This document shows, piece after piece, positions 63,937 to 64,000 of a stretch of 64,000 nt of DNA. How positions within the stretch are numbered: the first letter of the stretch is position 1; the number at the start of each line of letters is the position of its first letter. A program made the position numbers and the translations under genes. This DNA is from Flavobacteriales bacterium (GTDB lineage Bacteria; Bacteroidota; Bacteroidia; Flavobacteriales_C; GCA-002722245), in assembly GCA_947444925.1 (NCBI GenBank), contig CANFBW010000002.1, positions 64,396 to 128,395 on the forward strand. Direction: 5' to 3'. The notes below the pieces were generated by a model. It searched no databases. It saw only the letters and a program-made list of their open reading frames with translations, and was not told the DNA's origin.

Positions 63937-64000
63937 ATGACTATGAAGACGAATGCCTTTATTAAATTGACTTTTGCTGTGCTTTTGTGTAGTGCTTTTT
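63937..64000 (+). CDS. Start of an exported protein (truncated by window end)
   Basis: MTMKTNAFIKLTFAVLLCSAF resembles a signal peptide. Confidence 0.55.
   Translation, partial: MTMKTNAFIKLTFAVLLCSAF

Overview
Chromosomal window from a Bacteroidota genome (TAnnTTTG promoters, T9SS cargo proteins, short RpoD-like sigma, mitochondrial-type aconitase). Most of it is housekeeping and envelope genes: rprX/rprY-like two-component system, exbB-exbD-exbD-tonB operon, dnaX, rpsF-rpsR-rplI, purK/purE/purL, adk, obgE, dusB, aconitase. An ~11.5 kb accessory block directly downstream of tRNA-Ser(GGA) looks like a zinc/metal-starvation system. It holds a divergent Fur-family regulator with TGCAAC-N3-GTTGCA-like boxes, a His/CxxC leader ORF ending in RSPP, a TonB-dependent receptor, a lipoprotein, a ZIP importer, three COG0523 GTPases, a WD40 protein, a small CxxxxCP protein, and a CDF transporter fused to a Cys-less copy of that small protein. 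Other notable items: two copies (30.3 kb and 63.4 kb) of a nested-palindrome element whose 37-nt core is in opposite orientation in the two copies; dnaX split at an A10 run; a candidate sRNA after the sigma gene; a 9 x 228 bp repeat adhesin; and many apparently leaderless genes. All calls come from reading the sequence and ORF track by eye. No database searches or folding computations were run.
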